IMG/VR virus record: IMGVR_UViG_3300042090_002000
Coordinates: 1-64,000 of that record
DNA length: 64,000 nt
Reading direction: 5' to 3' (one strand)
Source of the DNA: a virus
Shown: positions 10,703-20,315 of the stretch, piece after piece
Numbering within the stretch: position 1 is the stretch's first letter
Layout of the letters: each line of letters begins with the position of its first letter
Position numbers and translations under genes: made by a program
Notes under the pieces: generated by a model
What the model was told of the DNA's origin: nothing
Database searches by the model: none
The model's input: only the letters and a program-made list of their open reading frames with translations

Positions 10703-11134
10703 ATGAGCGTGTGGGAGTTTAGGTTAGCTGGGCCTGATGATGCTGCAGCGTTTAGCAAATGGATCGGGGAAAACCAACAGATTCCCGATGCGGATAAGTT
10801 GGCTGCGCTGAAGACCAACAATCCGACCATTTTGTGGTTTGTGGAAACAAAGGATGGCGTTGCCCAGACTTTTGCGCCGGTCTATTTGCAGTTTGCGGTG
10901 CCGCATCTGGGATTCAATCCCGATGCTGATTCGCGAGACATCGCAGAAGGAATGCAGCGGCTAACAGACGGGATCGCCGGTTTTGCGGTCCAGTTTGGTA
11001 TTCGCGAGATCGTCACGCTCAGCGAAGAAAAATTGCCGATGGCGCGCTGGGCCATGAAGCATGATTTCGATTTGGAAAAACGGCAGACTCTGAAATTGAA
11101 TTTGAACAAAGTAATGGCGGGTGAGGTAAAGTAA
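10703..11134 (+). CDS. GNAT-fold-like virion assembly protein (P22 gp14/T7 gp13 position)
   Basis: FRLAGPDDAAAF N-terminus, size, and synteny before the ejection proteins. Confidence 0.5.
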   Translation: MSVWEFRLAGPDDAAAFSKWIGENQQIPDADKLAALKTNNPTILWFVETKDGVAQTFAPVYLQFAVPHLGFNPDADSRDIAEGMQRLTDGIAGFAVQFGIREIVTLSEEKLPMARWAMKHDFDLEKRQTLKLNLNKVMAGEVK

Positions 11135-11135
11135 A

Positions 11136-11834
11136 ATGTGTTGCTCTGGTGGAGAAGTTAGCGCAACTGACGAGGCACTGCAGCAATCGCAAGCCGCGAT
11201 GACGAATACGTTGAATAGCGATTATTCGACGACGTTCTCAGAGCAACAGCAGTTGTTGGCAAACCAGCAGGCCCGGTTGAGTGCGATTGCAGCAAACCCG
11301 ATGGGGTACACGACCGCCCAGTTGCATGACGCAACGACTAACATTAACGAGAACACCGCAACGGCAGCCAAGCAGGCGCTGGGTGCGGCAGCCGCATATT
11401 CGGCGGGACATGGCGCGGCAGATGTGGGCAGCGGGGTTGCGGGACAGATGGCGGCTGGAATTGAATCCGGCGCGGCTCAAAGCAAAGCCATGCAGTTGTC
11501 GCAGTTGAGCCAGCAAAACGAGGCCATGAAGCAAAACAATTTTTGGAACGCTATCGGTGGCTTGAACAGCGTCGGTAGTGAACTGGGCGGTCAAGGCGGC
11601 ACAGCAATCGGTGGCGCAGGAACGGCGGCCAACTCTTCGGTGGGCGCAGGTAGCGGCGCGTTGGCGGCGCAGCAGGCAGGATGGCAAGACGTGGCCGGAG
11701 TAATTGGTGCGGTCGGCAGTCTTGGAATGGCAGGTGCTGCCATAGGCAAGGATTTTAGCGGCGGGGGCAGCACCCCCGGCACGTTCACTGGCGCGACGAA
11801 CAACAACCCGTATTTTACGGGAGACACAGACTGA
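11136..11834 (+). CDS. DNA ejection (pilot) protein
   Basis: G/A/Q-rich with a glycine-zipper-like C-terminus; synteny. Confidence 0.6.
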   Translation: MCCSGGEVSATDEALQQSQAAMTNTLNSDYSTTFSEQQQLLANQQARLSAIAANPMGYTTAQLHDATTNINENTATAAKQALGAAAAYSAGHGAADVGSGVAGQMAAGIESGAAQSKAMQLSQLSQQNEAMKQNNFWNAIGGLNSVGSELGGQGGTAIGGAGTAANSSVGAGSGALAAQQAGWQDVAGVIGAVGSLGMAGAAIGKDFSGGGSTPGTFTGATNNNPYFTGDTD

Positions 11835-11844
11835 GGATTTTTCC

Positions 11845-12564
11845 ATGCCCGACAAAGTATCATTGCAGAACGATTATTCGAAACTGAACGAGGCGCTGAT
11901 CAAGCTGTTTGATGAATCGGGTGTGCGCCGCGCGTTCACGATCCCTTATATCGACGGGCAGTCCATGGCGGATCATATTTCCGCAGTGGGCCAGATCGGT
12001 GCGCAGCACGGTGGGATGACAAACAATTTGCTTACCTCCGCGCATCATTCGGAAGGTAAGGGTTACGGATCGGGCGAAGGACATACGGTAGGGCATCCCA
12101 GCGAGAAGCTGCGGACAACCACAATCCCCAAGAACGACGAGAATGCAAAAGCAGCCATCGCGGCATGCCAAAAATATTTTGATGACATTGGGTTTTTGAT
12201 TGGTGACGACGACCCTTCGCTAGTGACGGCGAACAGCCAACTGAAATTGCTGAAGAAATTTAATGGGGCTGGGATGACGCTATTTGATTTTGGCGTGATG
12301 CTGATTCAAATCGCACTTCCTCCGACGCAGGCCGCTGCGAAGCGGCATTCGCAGGCGCAGCACGGGCGAGTCCATCCGAAATTGACAGCCCCGCAGCAAT
12401 CGGGCGGGGGATCGGCGGATCAGCAGGCTCCCCAAGAGGGGCAGGATCAAGAGGAATCAGGGCAAGGTGAGGCTCCCGCAGGCGGGGAGGCCCCGGAAGG
12501 TCAAGCGGCGGCTCCAGAGGCTCCAGCAGCCCCGCAAAGCGAAGAACAGGCACAAGGACAATAA
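11845..12564 (+). CDS. Hypothetical protein with acidic Q/E/A/P tail
   Basis: GAGG RBS; within the operon. Confidence 0.6.
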   Translation: MPDKVSLQNDYSKLNEALIKLFDESGVRRAFTIPYIDGQSMADHISAVGQIGAQHGGMTNNLLTSAHHSEGKGYGSGEGHTVGHPSEKLRTTTIPKNDENAKAAIAACQKYFDDIGFLIGDDDPSLVTANSQLKLLKKFNGAGMTLFDFGVMLIQIALPPTQAAAKRHSQAQHGRVHPKLTAPQQSGGGSADQQAPQEGQDQEESGQGEAPAGGEAPEGQAAAPEAPAAPQSEEQAQGQ

Positions 12565-12567
12565 GTC

Positions 12568-14520
12568 ATGGCTGACCCGACAACGCAACCCACATCTACT
12601 CCCGTTACCGCAGCGCAACCCAGTGCGGCACCGGCGACCCCGGCGGCTCAACCCGCCGCTGCAGTCGCTCCGGCGTCTGCTCCGGCTGCCGCTTCGGCTC
12701 CGGCGGATACGACAGGAACTCCTGCCGCTGCTCCTGCTGCGGCTGCGGCACCAGCCGCTGCTCCTGCTGCGGCTGCGGCACCAGCCGCTGCCCCGGCCAA
12801 CGTGGGCGGCCATTCAAAACTGCTGGCAATGATACAGGGTTTGTCTGTGGGCCTTTCTGCTGCCGGAACATCTCTGGGAACACATGGTCGAGAGGGCGGC
12901 GCGCCAGAGGTTCAGGAATTTTATCAGAAGCAAGAACAGGGAAAACAACAGGCCGCGCAAGCTGCGCAGGCGCTAAAGAGTCAGCAACTGCAGAACCAGT
13001 TGACCAGCGCGCAAACCAACGAGGCGAATTTTCGTGTCCGCCAGATGCAGGGATCGTTTCATGACGAACAGGCGAAAACACATTTCGAACGAGTGAACGC
13101 GGAACAGGGTACGATTGGGCAGGCACAGGATATTCGAACGAAGGCGCTTCAGGATTTTACGGCAACCGGTGACATCGGGGCCTATCAGAAGACGCTTTCA
13201 CAATTGGATGCGGCAGGTGGTAGTGCGGCTCCGGCAGATCAGGGTGGGGCTCCAGCGGCTCCCGGGACAACTCCGGCAGGAACTCCTGCAGGTGCGGCTC
13301 CGGCTGCGCCTGTACAAGCGCCGGGTGCTCCGGTAGCGGGTGCGGCACCAGTAATTCCTCCGCAAGCGAAAGCGGTTTGGCAGAATTCCGTGGATTCGGC
13401 GGCATCTGCGTATCCGAACGATCCGCAGATTAAACAATACGCGCAGACGTTGACTGATCCGACCGCATCACCGATGCAGTTGGCTGCAGCGGCGAATGGC
13501 GCGAAGAACAGAATGGCGGCATTGGACGCGGGCACAGAGTCACGCACAAAGCAGGAAGCGGCTTTGGCGAACAGCCCGATCTCGAAGTTGTCGACGGCGG
13601 AAGCACTGGCTAATCCCGGGGCACAGGCCGCAATTCAGGCGAAGATTGATGATCCTACTACGAGCCGGGAAGATGTGTTGCGTCTGCGCGCATTGCTGCC
13701 GCAGGCGGCAGTGGCTCAAAATAATGCGGCAAATCTCAAAGCGAGGGAAGCCCGTTTGGTGCAGATTGCGAATGCGGGCGATCCGAAATTAGCAGGACGT
13801 ATGCTGGCAGATCGAACTTTGACTCTCGCCGAATTGAAAACCCGATTTACAAGGCCGGAAGATATCGAGACTGCTGTTGCAGCGGCTCAGAAAATCGATC
13901 CAAATTACAAACCAGCCATTGCAGATCGCGAAGCTGATCAAGCAGGGAGTGCTGAAAATACTCGCTTCTTTGGAAACACGGATTCTCTATTGGTCAAGGG
14001 TGGTTCGCTGGATCAATTGCAGCAGGCATATAAAAATTTGGGGAATACTGCGATCCCTGCAATCAACGATCTTGAAAATCTGCGCAAGGCCGCATTGGGT
14101 AGTGGCCCGATTGCGGACGCTTATGCGGCGCAGTTGGGTGTCGCCGACGATCTGGCGAAAGTTATCTCTGGCACAGGCGCAGGTTCCGATAAATCGCGCC
14201 AAGATGTTTTGAATATCATGAAGGCTGATCTATCTCCCGCAGGGCAGGCGGCATCAATCAACCGTCTTCGGGCAGTCGTGGAGTCGCAGCGAAATGGCCG
14301 CATTGGTATCAACCCGTACATGAAAGAACGCTTTCCTGATCCGTCTACGTTGCAAGAAACTCCGGGTGTGGCGGGAACACAGCGAGCCCCGCAGACAAAG
14401 GCTCCCAGCGGCAAAGCGGTGAGTTTAGCTGCGGCGCGTGCGCTCCCCATTAATAAGGGCAAGACTGACGCGGAAATTCGAGCACATATTCAGGCTCACG
14501 GATATCAGGTAGGAGAATAA
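12568..14520 (+). CDS. Putative DNA ejection/internal virion protein
   Basis: A/P/Q-rich and helical; synteny. Confidence 0.6.
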   Translation: MADPTTQPTSTPVTAAQPSAAPATPAAQPAAAVAPASAPAAASAPADTTGTPAAAPAAAAAPAAAPAAAAAPAAAPANVGGHSKLLAMIQGLSVGLSAAGTSLGTHGREGGAPEVQEFYQKQEQGKQQAAQAAQALKSQQLQNQLTSAQTNEANFRVRQMQGSFHDEQAKTHFERVNAEQGTIGQAQDIRTKALQDFTATGDIGAYQKTLSQLDAAGGSAAPADQGGAPAAPGTTPAGTPAGAAPAAPVQAPGAPVAGAAPVIPPQAKAVWQNSVDSAASAYPNDPQIKQYAQTLTDPTASPMQLAAAANGAKNRMAALDAGTESRTKQEAALANSPISKLSTAEALANPGAQAAIQAKIDDPTTSREDVLRLRALLPQAAVAQNNAANLKAREARLVQIANAGDPKLAGRMLADRTLTLAELKTRFTRPEDIETAVAAAQKIDPNYKPAIADREADQAGSAENTRFFGNTDSLLVKGGSLDQLQQAYKNLGNTAIPAINDLENLRKAALGSGPIADAYAAQLGVADDLAKVISGTGAGSDKSRQDVLNIMKADLSPAGQAASINRLRAVVESQRNGRIGINPYMKERFPDPSTLQETPGVAGTQRAPQTKAPSGKAVSLAAARALPINKGKTDAEIRAHIQAHGYQVGE

Positions 14521-14521
14521 A

Positions 14522-16261
14522 ATGCCGCCTCAAACATCAGCGGCTGCTGATCCGTACGCGAGCATCGCCACTCCGATTCCGGCTGCGGCTCCTGTAGCGG
14601 CTCCGACTGCACCATCGGCAGGAGACTCTGCCGATCCGTACGCTTCAATCGCTCAGCCTATCGCAGATACCACAACCACAACGCCACCTCCAGATCAATC
14701 ATGGCTGGAACGGGGCGCGAATGCGATTGGAGAAACCGGCGCGCATGTTGCGACAGGGTTTGCTAAAGGTATGGGAGACACAGTTTCTGGCGTCTCTCAT
14801 CTGATCAATAAAATTCCGGTTGTCGGTGAAACCCTTGCGCCATCGCAGGGAATTTCTGCGCTCGATAAAGTCGACACGACCCACGGCACGGCGGAAGCGG
14901 CAGGCAAGGGGTTGGAAGGGATTGCGGAATTTGCAACGGGCGATGAATTGATGGAGGGTTTGTCGAAAGGCGTAAAACTAGTTGCGCTTGCGAAAAAATA
15001 CCCGGCGGTTGCCGAAGCGTTGGATTTGGCAACACGCCATCCATGGCTTGCGAATATGATCACGAAAGGTGGCAAGGGTGCGGTTGTTGGAGGTGTTGAA
15101 GGTGCTGTGAAGGGCGCGCAGGAAGGGAATGTAACAAAAGGCGCGACTACTGGGGCACTGCTGGGCGGCGCGACTGGCGCAATTGAAGGCGGCGTTGACG
15201 CGGCGCGCGTAGCGAAAGCCTCGAAGCTGAACGTCAACCCGTATCGCAATGCCAGCAAGATCGAGCCCGCCATAGACGAGGCGGTAGCGAAAGCAGGCTT
15301 GCCCGCAGGAACACAGGGCGTGACGGAACAGGCGGCTGCGGAAGCAAACGCGGCGGCTAAGACAGAGGCGCAGGCGGCTACTCAACGCAATGTTGATCAG
15401 ACGCTTCAGGATATTACCCAACAGCATTCGACGACGCATGGTTTACCGGCTCCGAAGGCTGGGACGGCATCTCGCGATCTTCTGCAGAATAATGGAAACG
15501 CTCTCATCAATTCGGCAAAGAGCGACTATGCGGTTTTGGATAAATACACCGATGGGAAATTTACAAATGTCGCCAAAGAATTAAAAAACGCACAGGTCGA
15601 GCGTACGATGAATGCAGGCAAAACAGGCTTTGACGCGGACACTCTTGATACGAATGTCACGCGCGCTCAAATGAAATTAGATCAATTGTTTGACGACGCC
15701 GTGGCGAAAGGTATGCCGAAAGACGTGGCAGATACAGCCAAAGCGAAATTCACCGCTGGTAATGCGACGCTGGATATTGCGCACGATGTACGCATGGCGA
15801 ACAAGATTGCAGGCGACACCACTGCGAATGCCGGAGAGCGGATAACGAACCTGAGTGCGCTGGAGAACCGATGGCAGGCCCAGTACGATAGCGGACGACT
15901 TCAGCAGGCGCTAGGCGGCGAACAGCAAGCCACCGAAGCCATGAAGGCGCTTTCTTCTGCCCGTGCCACGGCGGAATTGACGGCGCAGATGCCGCCGACA
16001 GAGACGCAGGCGTTGCGTCAATTGATCGCGGACCACACCACCACAACCAAGGTGGGAGCCAAAACAAATTGGGGCGCGCTACGCGATGACTTCAGCAAGA
16101 TGTCTGATCGCGGCGCACGATTCTCTGACGTTGCGAAAGTGGAGAAATTCATTAACGATCAGGCCGCCACACAGAATTTGAAAAAGTGGGCGCTCCGCAC
16201 GGCAGTTTCTGCGCCGGTAGTTGGCGGTGGAGTTGCTGCCTATGAGAAATACGGGCACTAA
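14522..16261 (+). CDS. Putative DNA ejection/internal virion protein
   Basis: Repeated DPYASIA motif and glycine-zipper segments. Confidence 0.6.
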   Translation: MPPQTSAAADPYASIATPIPAAAPVAAPTAPSAGDSADPYASIAQPIADTTTTTPPPDQSWLERGANAIGETGAHVATGFAKGMGDTVSGVSHLINKIPVVGETLAPSQGISALDKVDTTHGTAEAAGKGLEGIAEFATGDELMEGLSKGVKLVALAKKYPAVAEALDLATRHPWLANMITKGGKGAVVGGVEGAVKGAQEGNVTKGATTGALLGGATGAIEGGVDAARVAKASKLNVNPYRNASKIEPAIDEAVAKAGLPAGTQGVTEQAAAEANAAAKTEAQAATQRNVDQTLQDITQQHSTTHGLPAPKAGTASRDLLQNNGNALINSAKSDYAVLDKYTDGKFTNVAKELKNAQVERTMNAGKTGFDADTLDTNVTRAQMKLDQLFDDAVAKGMPKDVADTAKAKFTAGNATLDIAHDVRMANKIAGDTTANAGERITNLSALENRWQAQYDSGRLQQALGGEQQATEAMKALSSARATAELTAQMPPTETQALRQLIADHTTTTKVGAKTNWGALRDDFSKMSDRGARFSDVAKVEKFINDQAATQNLKKWALRTAVSAPVVGGGVAAYEKYGH

Positions 16262-16348
16262 AATAGTTGGTGGTAAATGTGGTGTATGCAGACCACTATC
16301 CATGCCACGAGCGCCAAGGTTCCCAGCACAATCCCGGCGAATTCCAAT

Positions 16349-16522
16349 TTATAGAGCATCGGGATTAACACTCAGGATCGCAACTTCCGCGCCCTCGTTG
16401 GCTGGATCGGCGGCAAGAAAACGGTTCTCGAACTCTTCCGCGAAATCCCACTCTGCATCGTTGAATAGCGCGGTCTTGATCATCAGGGCCTCATCCACTG
16501 TCAATTCAATCTTTCGCTTCAT
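16349..16522 (-). CDS. Small acidic hypothetical protein (57 aa, not in ORF track)
   Basis: MKRKIELTVDEALMIK...VNPDAL*; AGGAG RBS; own promoter at 16553-16595. Confidence 0.6.
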   Translation of the reverse strand: MKRKIELTVDEALMIKTALFNDAEWDFAEEFENRFLAADPANEGAEVAILSVNPDAL

Positions 16523-17150
16523 GGTAACTCCTATGGGTTGAGTTGCAGGGTGAGAATACCGCGAACGCGGAATTTGTGCAATGGTACGAAAGTACTGTTT
16601 TTAATTGGGCTCTGAGCCGGTCGTTTTCTTGTTCTAAAGCTAAAGGATTGCAGCGCGCGTGTGTAAATCCATATATTTCGCCAGTTTCGTGATTATGATG
16701 TAGGTGTGGCGTTGTTGATTTGGATAAAAGGCTCCATGAGATGGGTTGCTGACATCGAACACACTCTGGTGCGGACATCATCTGGCGGATTATATTATGT
16801 GGAGTACTAAGGGCCATAGCCGTATATCCCTTGCGATATGCGCTTTTTTGACTGTTGAGCAGAATACTAGACACGCGACACATGAATCCTCGCACACTCC
16901 GGCAAGCAAATTGATTGTTGGATCGCGATTTGGGGAGAATCCCAACGCACCCACACGGAAAGCGGTGCATATCTCCTGCGATTTGCGAATTTCTAGGAGA
17001 GACCCCACCAAATCGTCGGGTGTACGCCCGCGCGGCTAATATGCAAGATTTACATTGGGTAGTGTGATTATCGCAGGTTTTTATGTTTCTGTAGAAGTGT
17101 TTGAGAACCTTTCGTTTATTGCATCGGGTGCATATTTTTGTTTTGGGCAC
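16506..17150 (-). CDS. Endonuclease VII-type homing endonuclease
   Basis: N-terminal CxxC; CVRC...HLHHNHETGEIYGFTHARCN. Confidence 0.8.
   Translation of the reverse strand: MPKTKICTRCNKRKVLKHFYRNIKTCDNHTTQCKSCILAARAYTRRFGGVSPRNSQIAGDMHRFPCGCVGILPKSRSNNQFACRSVRGFMCRVSSILLNSQKSAYRKGYTAMALSTPHNIIRQMMSAPECVRCQQPISWSLLSKSTTPHLHHNHETGEIYGFTHARCNPLALEQENDRLRAQLKTVLSYHCTNSAFAVFSPCNSTHRSYHEAKD
16553..16595 (-). promoter_or_regulatory. sigma70 promoter with GTAC-N4-GTAC box
   Basis: Minus strand: GTAC-tttc-GTAC-ca-TTGCAC-17-TATTCT. Confidence 0.65.
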
Positions 17151-17210
17151 AAGACACCTATAAAATAGATGGTATCATACCCCACTATGAGAAAGCAAGA
17201 ACTCGTTTCT

Positions 17211-17230
17211 GACTTTTGCTACTATAAGTA
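17211..17230 (+). promoter_or_regulatory. Late-gene element GACTT-N7-TATAAGTA
   Basis: gactt-ttgctac-tataagta. Confidence 0.65.
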
Positions 17231-17236
17231 GGATAG

Positions 17237-17452
17237 GTGACGGGCATGGACACTACCGCTTGGCCCAAAGTTTGCCCCGGATGTCTGTCAAAACACGAAG
17301 ACATTCGAGGGATGATTTATGCTGACGGTACTGCTGTTGGTGCTCGTTGTGAAAATGCTTGGCATAAAGGTCCCGGGTATGTGCCGGAAACGCTGAATCT
17401 GACAGACGACGACCGCGTATTCTTGCGGCAGAATCGGATTCGATCTTATTAA
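17237..17452 (+). CDS. Hypothetical Cys/His protein
   Basis: CPGC...CENAWH. Confidence 0.5.
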   Translation: MTGMDTTAWPKVCPGCLSKHEDIRGMIYADGTAVGARCENAWHKGPGYVPETLNLTDDDRVFLRQNRIRSY

Positions 17453-17460
17453 GGTGATTT

Positions 17461-17796
17461 ATGATTTCCCCGCAACAGATCGAAACAGTGCAGTGGGTGG
17501 ACACCGCGATTCGCATTATTGGCTGGCCGACAGTTTTAGGTATCGTGGTGTGGGTTGTGCGTAAGTGGGACGCCGGGCAGCGCGAATTGAAAGAGTTGCA
17601 CGTCAATGGCCGGGTGGCGGTCGAGACGATGAATTTGGTCAAGGCCGAAGTCGATACGATCAAGAATAACCACCTCGCACATCTTCAGACAGGCATCGAG
17701 CAGTTGGCGGGTAGTAACGACAAGGCCGTCGAAGTGCTCCAAGACATCAAAGCCGGAATCGGAATCCTAGTTGATCGCACCCCGCGAAAAGGTTAA
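17461..17796 (+). CDS. Holin/haemolysin-like single-TM coiled-coil protein
   Basis: N-terminal TM followed by a coiled coil with an IKNNHLAHL motif. Confidence 0.5.
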   Translation: MISPQQIETVQWVDTAIRIIGWPTVLGIVVWVVRKWDAGQRELKELHVNGRVAVETMNLVKAEVDTIKNNHLAHLQTGIEQLAGSNDKAVEVLQDIKAGIGILVDRTPRKG

Positions 17797-19181
17797 CTGA
17801 GTCGCAGACCCCAGAATTTTCGGTCAAGCATCGGCACGTTCGAAAGCCGCTTCACGCAAGAGGGATCGGCAGTCACGATAAATTTCTTGCCCGTGGGGAA
17901 ACTTACTTCGATTGTCAGTTCATCAGTGCTGGCGTTCATCTTTGTCACAGTCCCGCAATAACGAGCAGCAGGCCCAGTAAGAATTTCCACGAAATCTTGC
18001 AGATGCACTACTGGAAGTGGAGGGGCGTTAGATTTTTTCATCATTTCCTGAATGTCTGCGTGCGGCACAGTTACGGCCTGCACGAAATTCCCTTCGCCGT
18101 CGCAGAGAGATGCGATCTCAGAAATACCGCGTACGCGGAGCAGTCCACGTACAAGCGGTTGGCGCGAACAACGGGCAAAGATGTAGCCGAATGCGAGTTC
18201 GCCATCGTCGGTGACCGGTGCGAATATCTGCGCGGGATTTTTGCGGAATAGCTTCTTACCTTGATCGCGCAGAGCCGGGGCGATCTGCAGCATTCTGTGG
18301 TCTGATGAAATTTCCAGCATGCACCATGGCGTGTCTTGCAGATGACCTACAGGCCCGAACGAAAGGATCGGCGAGTTATCGGCAGGCGGCGCGTCGAAGC
18401 GGAAGACTTTGGCGCGATTCAGCCGGGCCAGATATCGCTTGCCCAGCCCCGCGCCGGTGAGTGACGCTTGGTGGGTGATGCTGCGCAGGTACGCGCCGAC
18501 CGCCACAGCCTTGACATCTTTGTCCGCCAGAAGCCGCTTGATCGCGGGCCGGAAAATTTTGCGGATCATGGGTACCGGTGTGTGGAATTTTTCCGCGACT
18601 ATGGCGTAGCTGCGGGATTCGGCATACGCGAAGATCATATCGGTTAAACTACCATGCGGGGTGGTCTCTAATTTAGCTTTGCGGAGAATAGGGCGGATAA
18701 TCTCCGCATCAGGTGCGGTGCCGATTAAGATCATAGAGCCGATGCTTTGCTCGATGATTCGGAGATTTTGCCAGACGCGGGTTTGAATGCAGCCGTGGGT
18801 TTTGCCGATGAATGTTTGAGACTTTTCGAGCAGGTAGTATTCAATGAAGAACTCCGCAAACTCTGGGCGCAGGTGAGCGAGCAGTGGCGCAAGTTTATTA
18901 GGATAGTCGTGGGCGAACGCTTTGAAGTCGATTAGGCTGCTGTTTTCGGGAAGCGCCTCCGCGCTCAACAGTGGATCAACTTCTTTACGGCGGAATGCTT
19001 CGAGGCTGGCCGCTTCGGACACATGGGTCATATAGTCGTGAATCCCGTGCGTCCGCTCATTGTGGGCGCGGCGTTTTATCTTGCTATGGGCTCCGCAATT
19101 GAAACTGCCGCGAGCCCGGCCATAACTGCGCCTGCCAAGATTATGCGCCAGAGTTCTCCAACCACACGATTTAATCTTCAT
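17793..19181 (-). CDS. Tandem sigma70-region-4-like HTH + NusG (NGN-KOW) fusion transcription factor
   Basis: HTH1 LAHLRPEFAEFFIEYYLLEKSQTFIGKTHGCIQTRVWQ; HTH2 YAESRSYAIVAEKFHTPVPMIRKIFRPAIKRL; NGN PWCMLE...LAFGYIFARC...VRGISEI...VPHADIQEM; KOW DFVEILTGPAARYCGTVTKM...LTIEVSF. Confidence 0.75.
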   Translation of the reverse strand: MKIKSCGWRTLAHNLGRRSYGRARGSFNCGAHSKIKRRAHNERTHGIHDYMTHVSEAASLEAFRRKEVDPLLSAEALPENSSLIDFKAFAHDYPNKLAPLLAHLRPEFAEFFIEYYLLEKSQTFIGKTHGCIQTRVWQNLRIIEQSIGSMILIGTAPDAEIIRPILRKAKLETTPHGSLTDMIFAYAESRSYAIVAEKFHTPVPMIRKIFRPAIKRLLADKDVKAVAVGAYLRSITHQASLTGAGLGKRYLARLNRAKVFRFDAPPADNSPILSFGPVGHLQDTPWCMLEISSDHRMLQIAPALRDQGKKLFRKNPAQIFAPVTDDGELAFGYIFARCSRQPLVRGLLRVRGISEIASLCDGEGNFVQAVTVPHADIQEMMKKSNAPPLPVVHLQDFVEILTGPAARYCGTVTKMNASTDELTIEVSFPTGKKFIVTADPSCVKRLSNVPMLDRKFWGLRLS

Positions 19182-19491
19182 GGATTTTTTTAAGCCCCCT
19201 GATGTTTTTGCGAGCGAGTCGCAGGTAGCGTCGCACTAAAATCTCAAATAGCGCGCCGTGGTTGAGTTCTGGTTCAGCAACGTGAAGCATTTCGTGGATT
19301 AATGTTTTGTCGTAACCTTTGTCGCGTTTGTTCAACACGATGATCGGTTTCGCGAACGGCACCGCATGAACAGTCATGCCGTAGTCGGTGGGAAGGGTTT
19401 CGTTGTCTACAAACTTCAACACGCCGGGTTCAGGAAGCCGGTCGTGCCAAATCAACGTGTTGACTCGTTTGTACGCCGTCGCCAGCCTCAT
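19171..19491 (-). CDS. SprT-like zinc metalloprotease
   Basis: AYKRVN...TLIHEMLH...HGALF. Confidence 0.75.
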   Translation of the reverse strand: MRLATAYKRVNTLIWHDRLPEPGVLKFVDNETLPTDYGMTVHAVPFAKPIIVLNKRDKGYDKTLIHEMLHVAEPELNHGALFEILVRRYLRLARKNIRGLKKIHED

Positions 19492-19533
19492 GGGGTGCTC
19501 CCAAAAGAAGGGTACCCCAACGACTAGAAGTTG

Positions 19534-19872
19534 TCAATCTTTTTTCTCCCAGCAATCGTGAATCGTGTTGACATACCCTCGCGCGATCAGGTCGCGTTCA
19601 AGTTCCGCTATATCCATTTGGGCATATTGCATTTGTGCGTAATACTCCCGTGAAAACAAACGCACAGGCACTGACCGCTCTGCCCAGTGGCGTTGAATCG
19701 CGTCGCGGAACTGTTTTTCGCGCACGTTCCCGGCCCAGCCTTGTTCATCTGTCCGCTGTTCGACACGTTCGTGCCAGTCGCGCACTTTGCCGGGCAGGCC
19801 CGGCGGGAATAAAATTGAAAGAAGCCAATTCATAAAACTCTCCTCAGTCGCTTTGGCCATGACATCCTCCAT
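19534..19872 (-). CDS. Hypothetical protein
   Basis: First gene after the GTAC-box promoter; GGAGG RBS before the second Met. Confidence 0.55.
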   Translation of the reverse strand: MEDVMAKATEESFMNWLLSILFPPGLPGKVRDWHERVEQRTDEQGWAGNVREKQFRDAIQRHWAERSVPVRLFSREYYAQMQYAQMDIAELERDLIARGYVNTIHDCWEKKD

Positions 19873-19878
19873 GACGCG

Positions 19879-19927
19879 AGAATAGCAGGATTTGGTTTTG
19901 ATTGCAATAGACCGCAGGTACTAGTAC
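19879..19927 (-). promoter_or_regulatory. sigma70 promoter with degenerate GTAC box
   Basis: Minus strand: GTAC-ctgc-GGTC-ta-TTGCAA-17-TATTCT (extended TG); drives the operon ending in the NusG fusion. Confidence 0.6.
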
Positions 19928-19944
19928 TGCATGGTTTTAATTAA

Positions 19945-19963
19945 GACTTTCGGTTACCAAATA
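19945..19963 (+). promoter_or_regulatory. Late-gene element variant (GACTT-N6-ACCAAATA)
   Basis: ttaagactttcggttaccaaata followed by GGGAGG. Confidence 0.5.
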
Positions 19964-19978
19964 GGGAGGATTTTTCCT

Positions 19979-20260
19979 ATGTCACACACAATCGCATTGA
20001 GTTGGACTGCAAGCACTGACGCAGTTCAAGGCTACAATGTTTATGAAGGAACCGCCGCCGGAAATGAGTCATCGACGCCGGTGAATGGAACAACACTGAT
20101 CACGGGAACCACTTACACTGTGACGGTTGCAGGGCCGGGGGTGTACAGCTTTGTGGTCAAGTCGGTCGAGAACGGTGCAGATTCCGTCAACTCGAACGAA
20201 GTGATCGCAACTGTACCTCCGTTTCCCCCAACCGGACTCACTGTGGGAGCGATTAATTAA
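19979..20260 (+). CDS. Fibronectin type III domain protein
   Basis: IALSWTAS..VQGYNVY...YSFVVKSV...SNEV. Confidence 0.8.
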   Translation: MSHTIALSWTASTDAVQGYNVYEGTAAGNESSTPVNGTTLITGTTYTVTVAGPGVYSFVVKSVENGADSVNSNEVIATVPPFPPTGLTVGAIN

Positions 20261-20315
20261 TTCCCTATGGTCCGCGTGGTATTCAGTAACACACATGTTT
20301 TAGGGAGATGCTGCC

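Noticed and set aside
12694-12795. Tandem DNA repeats (gccgctgctcctgctgcggctgcggcacca)
   Set aside because: They simply encode an Ala/Pro linker.
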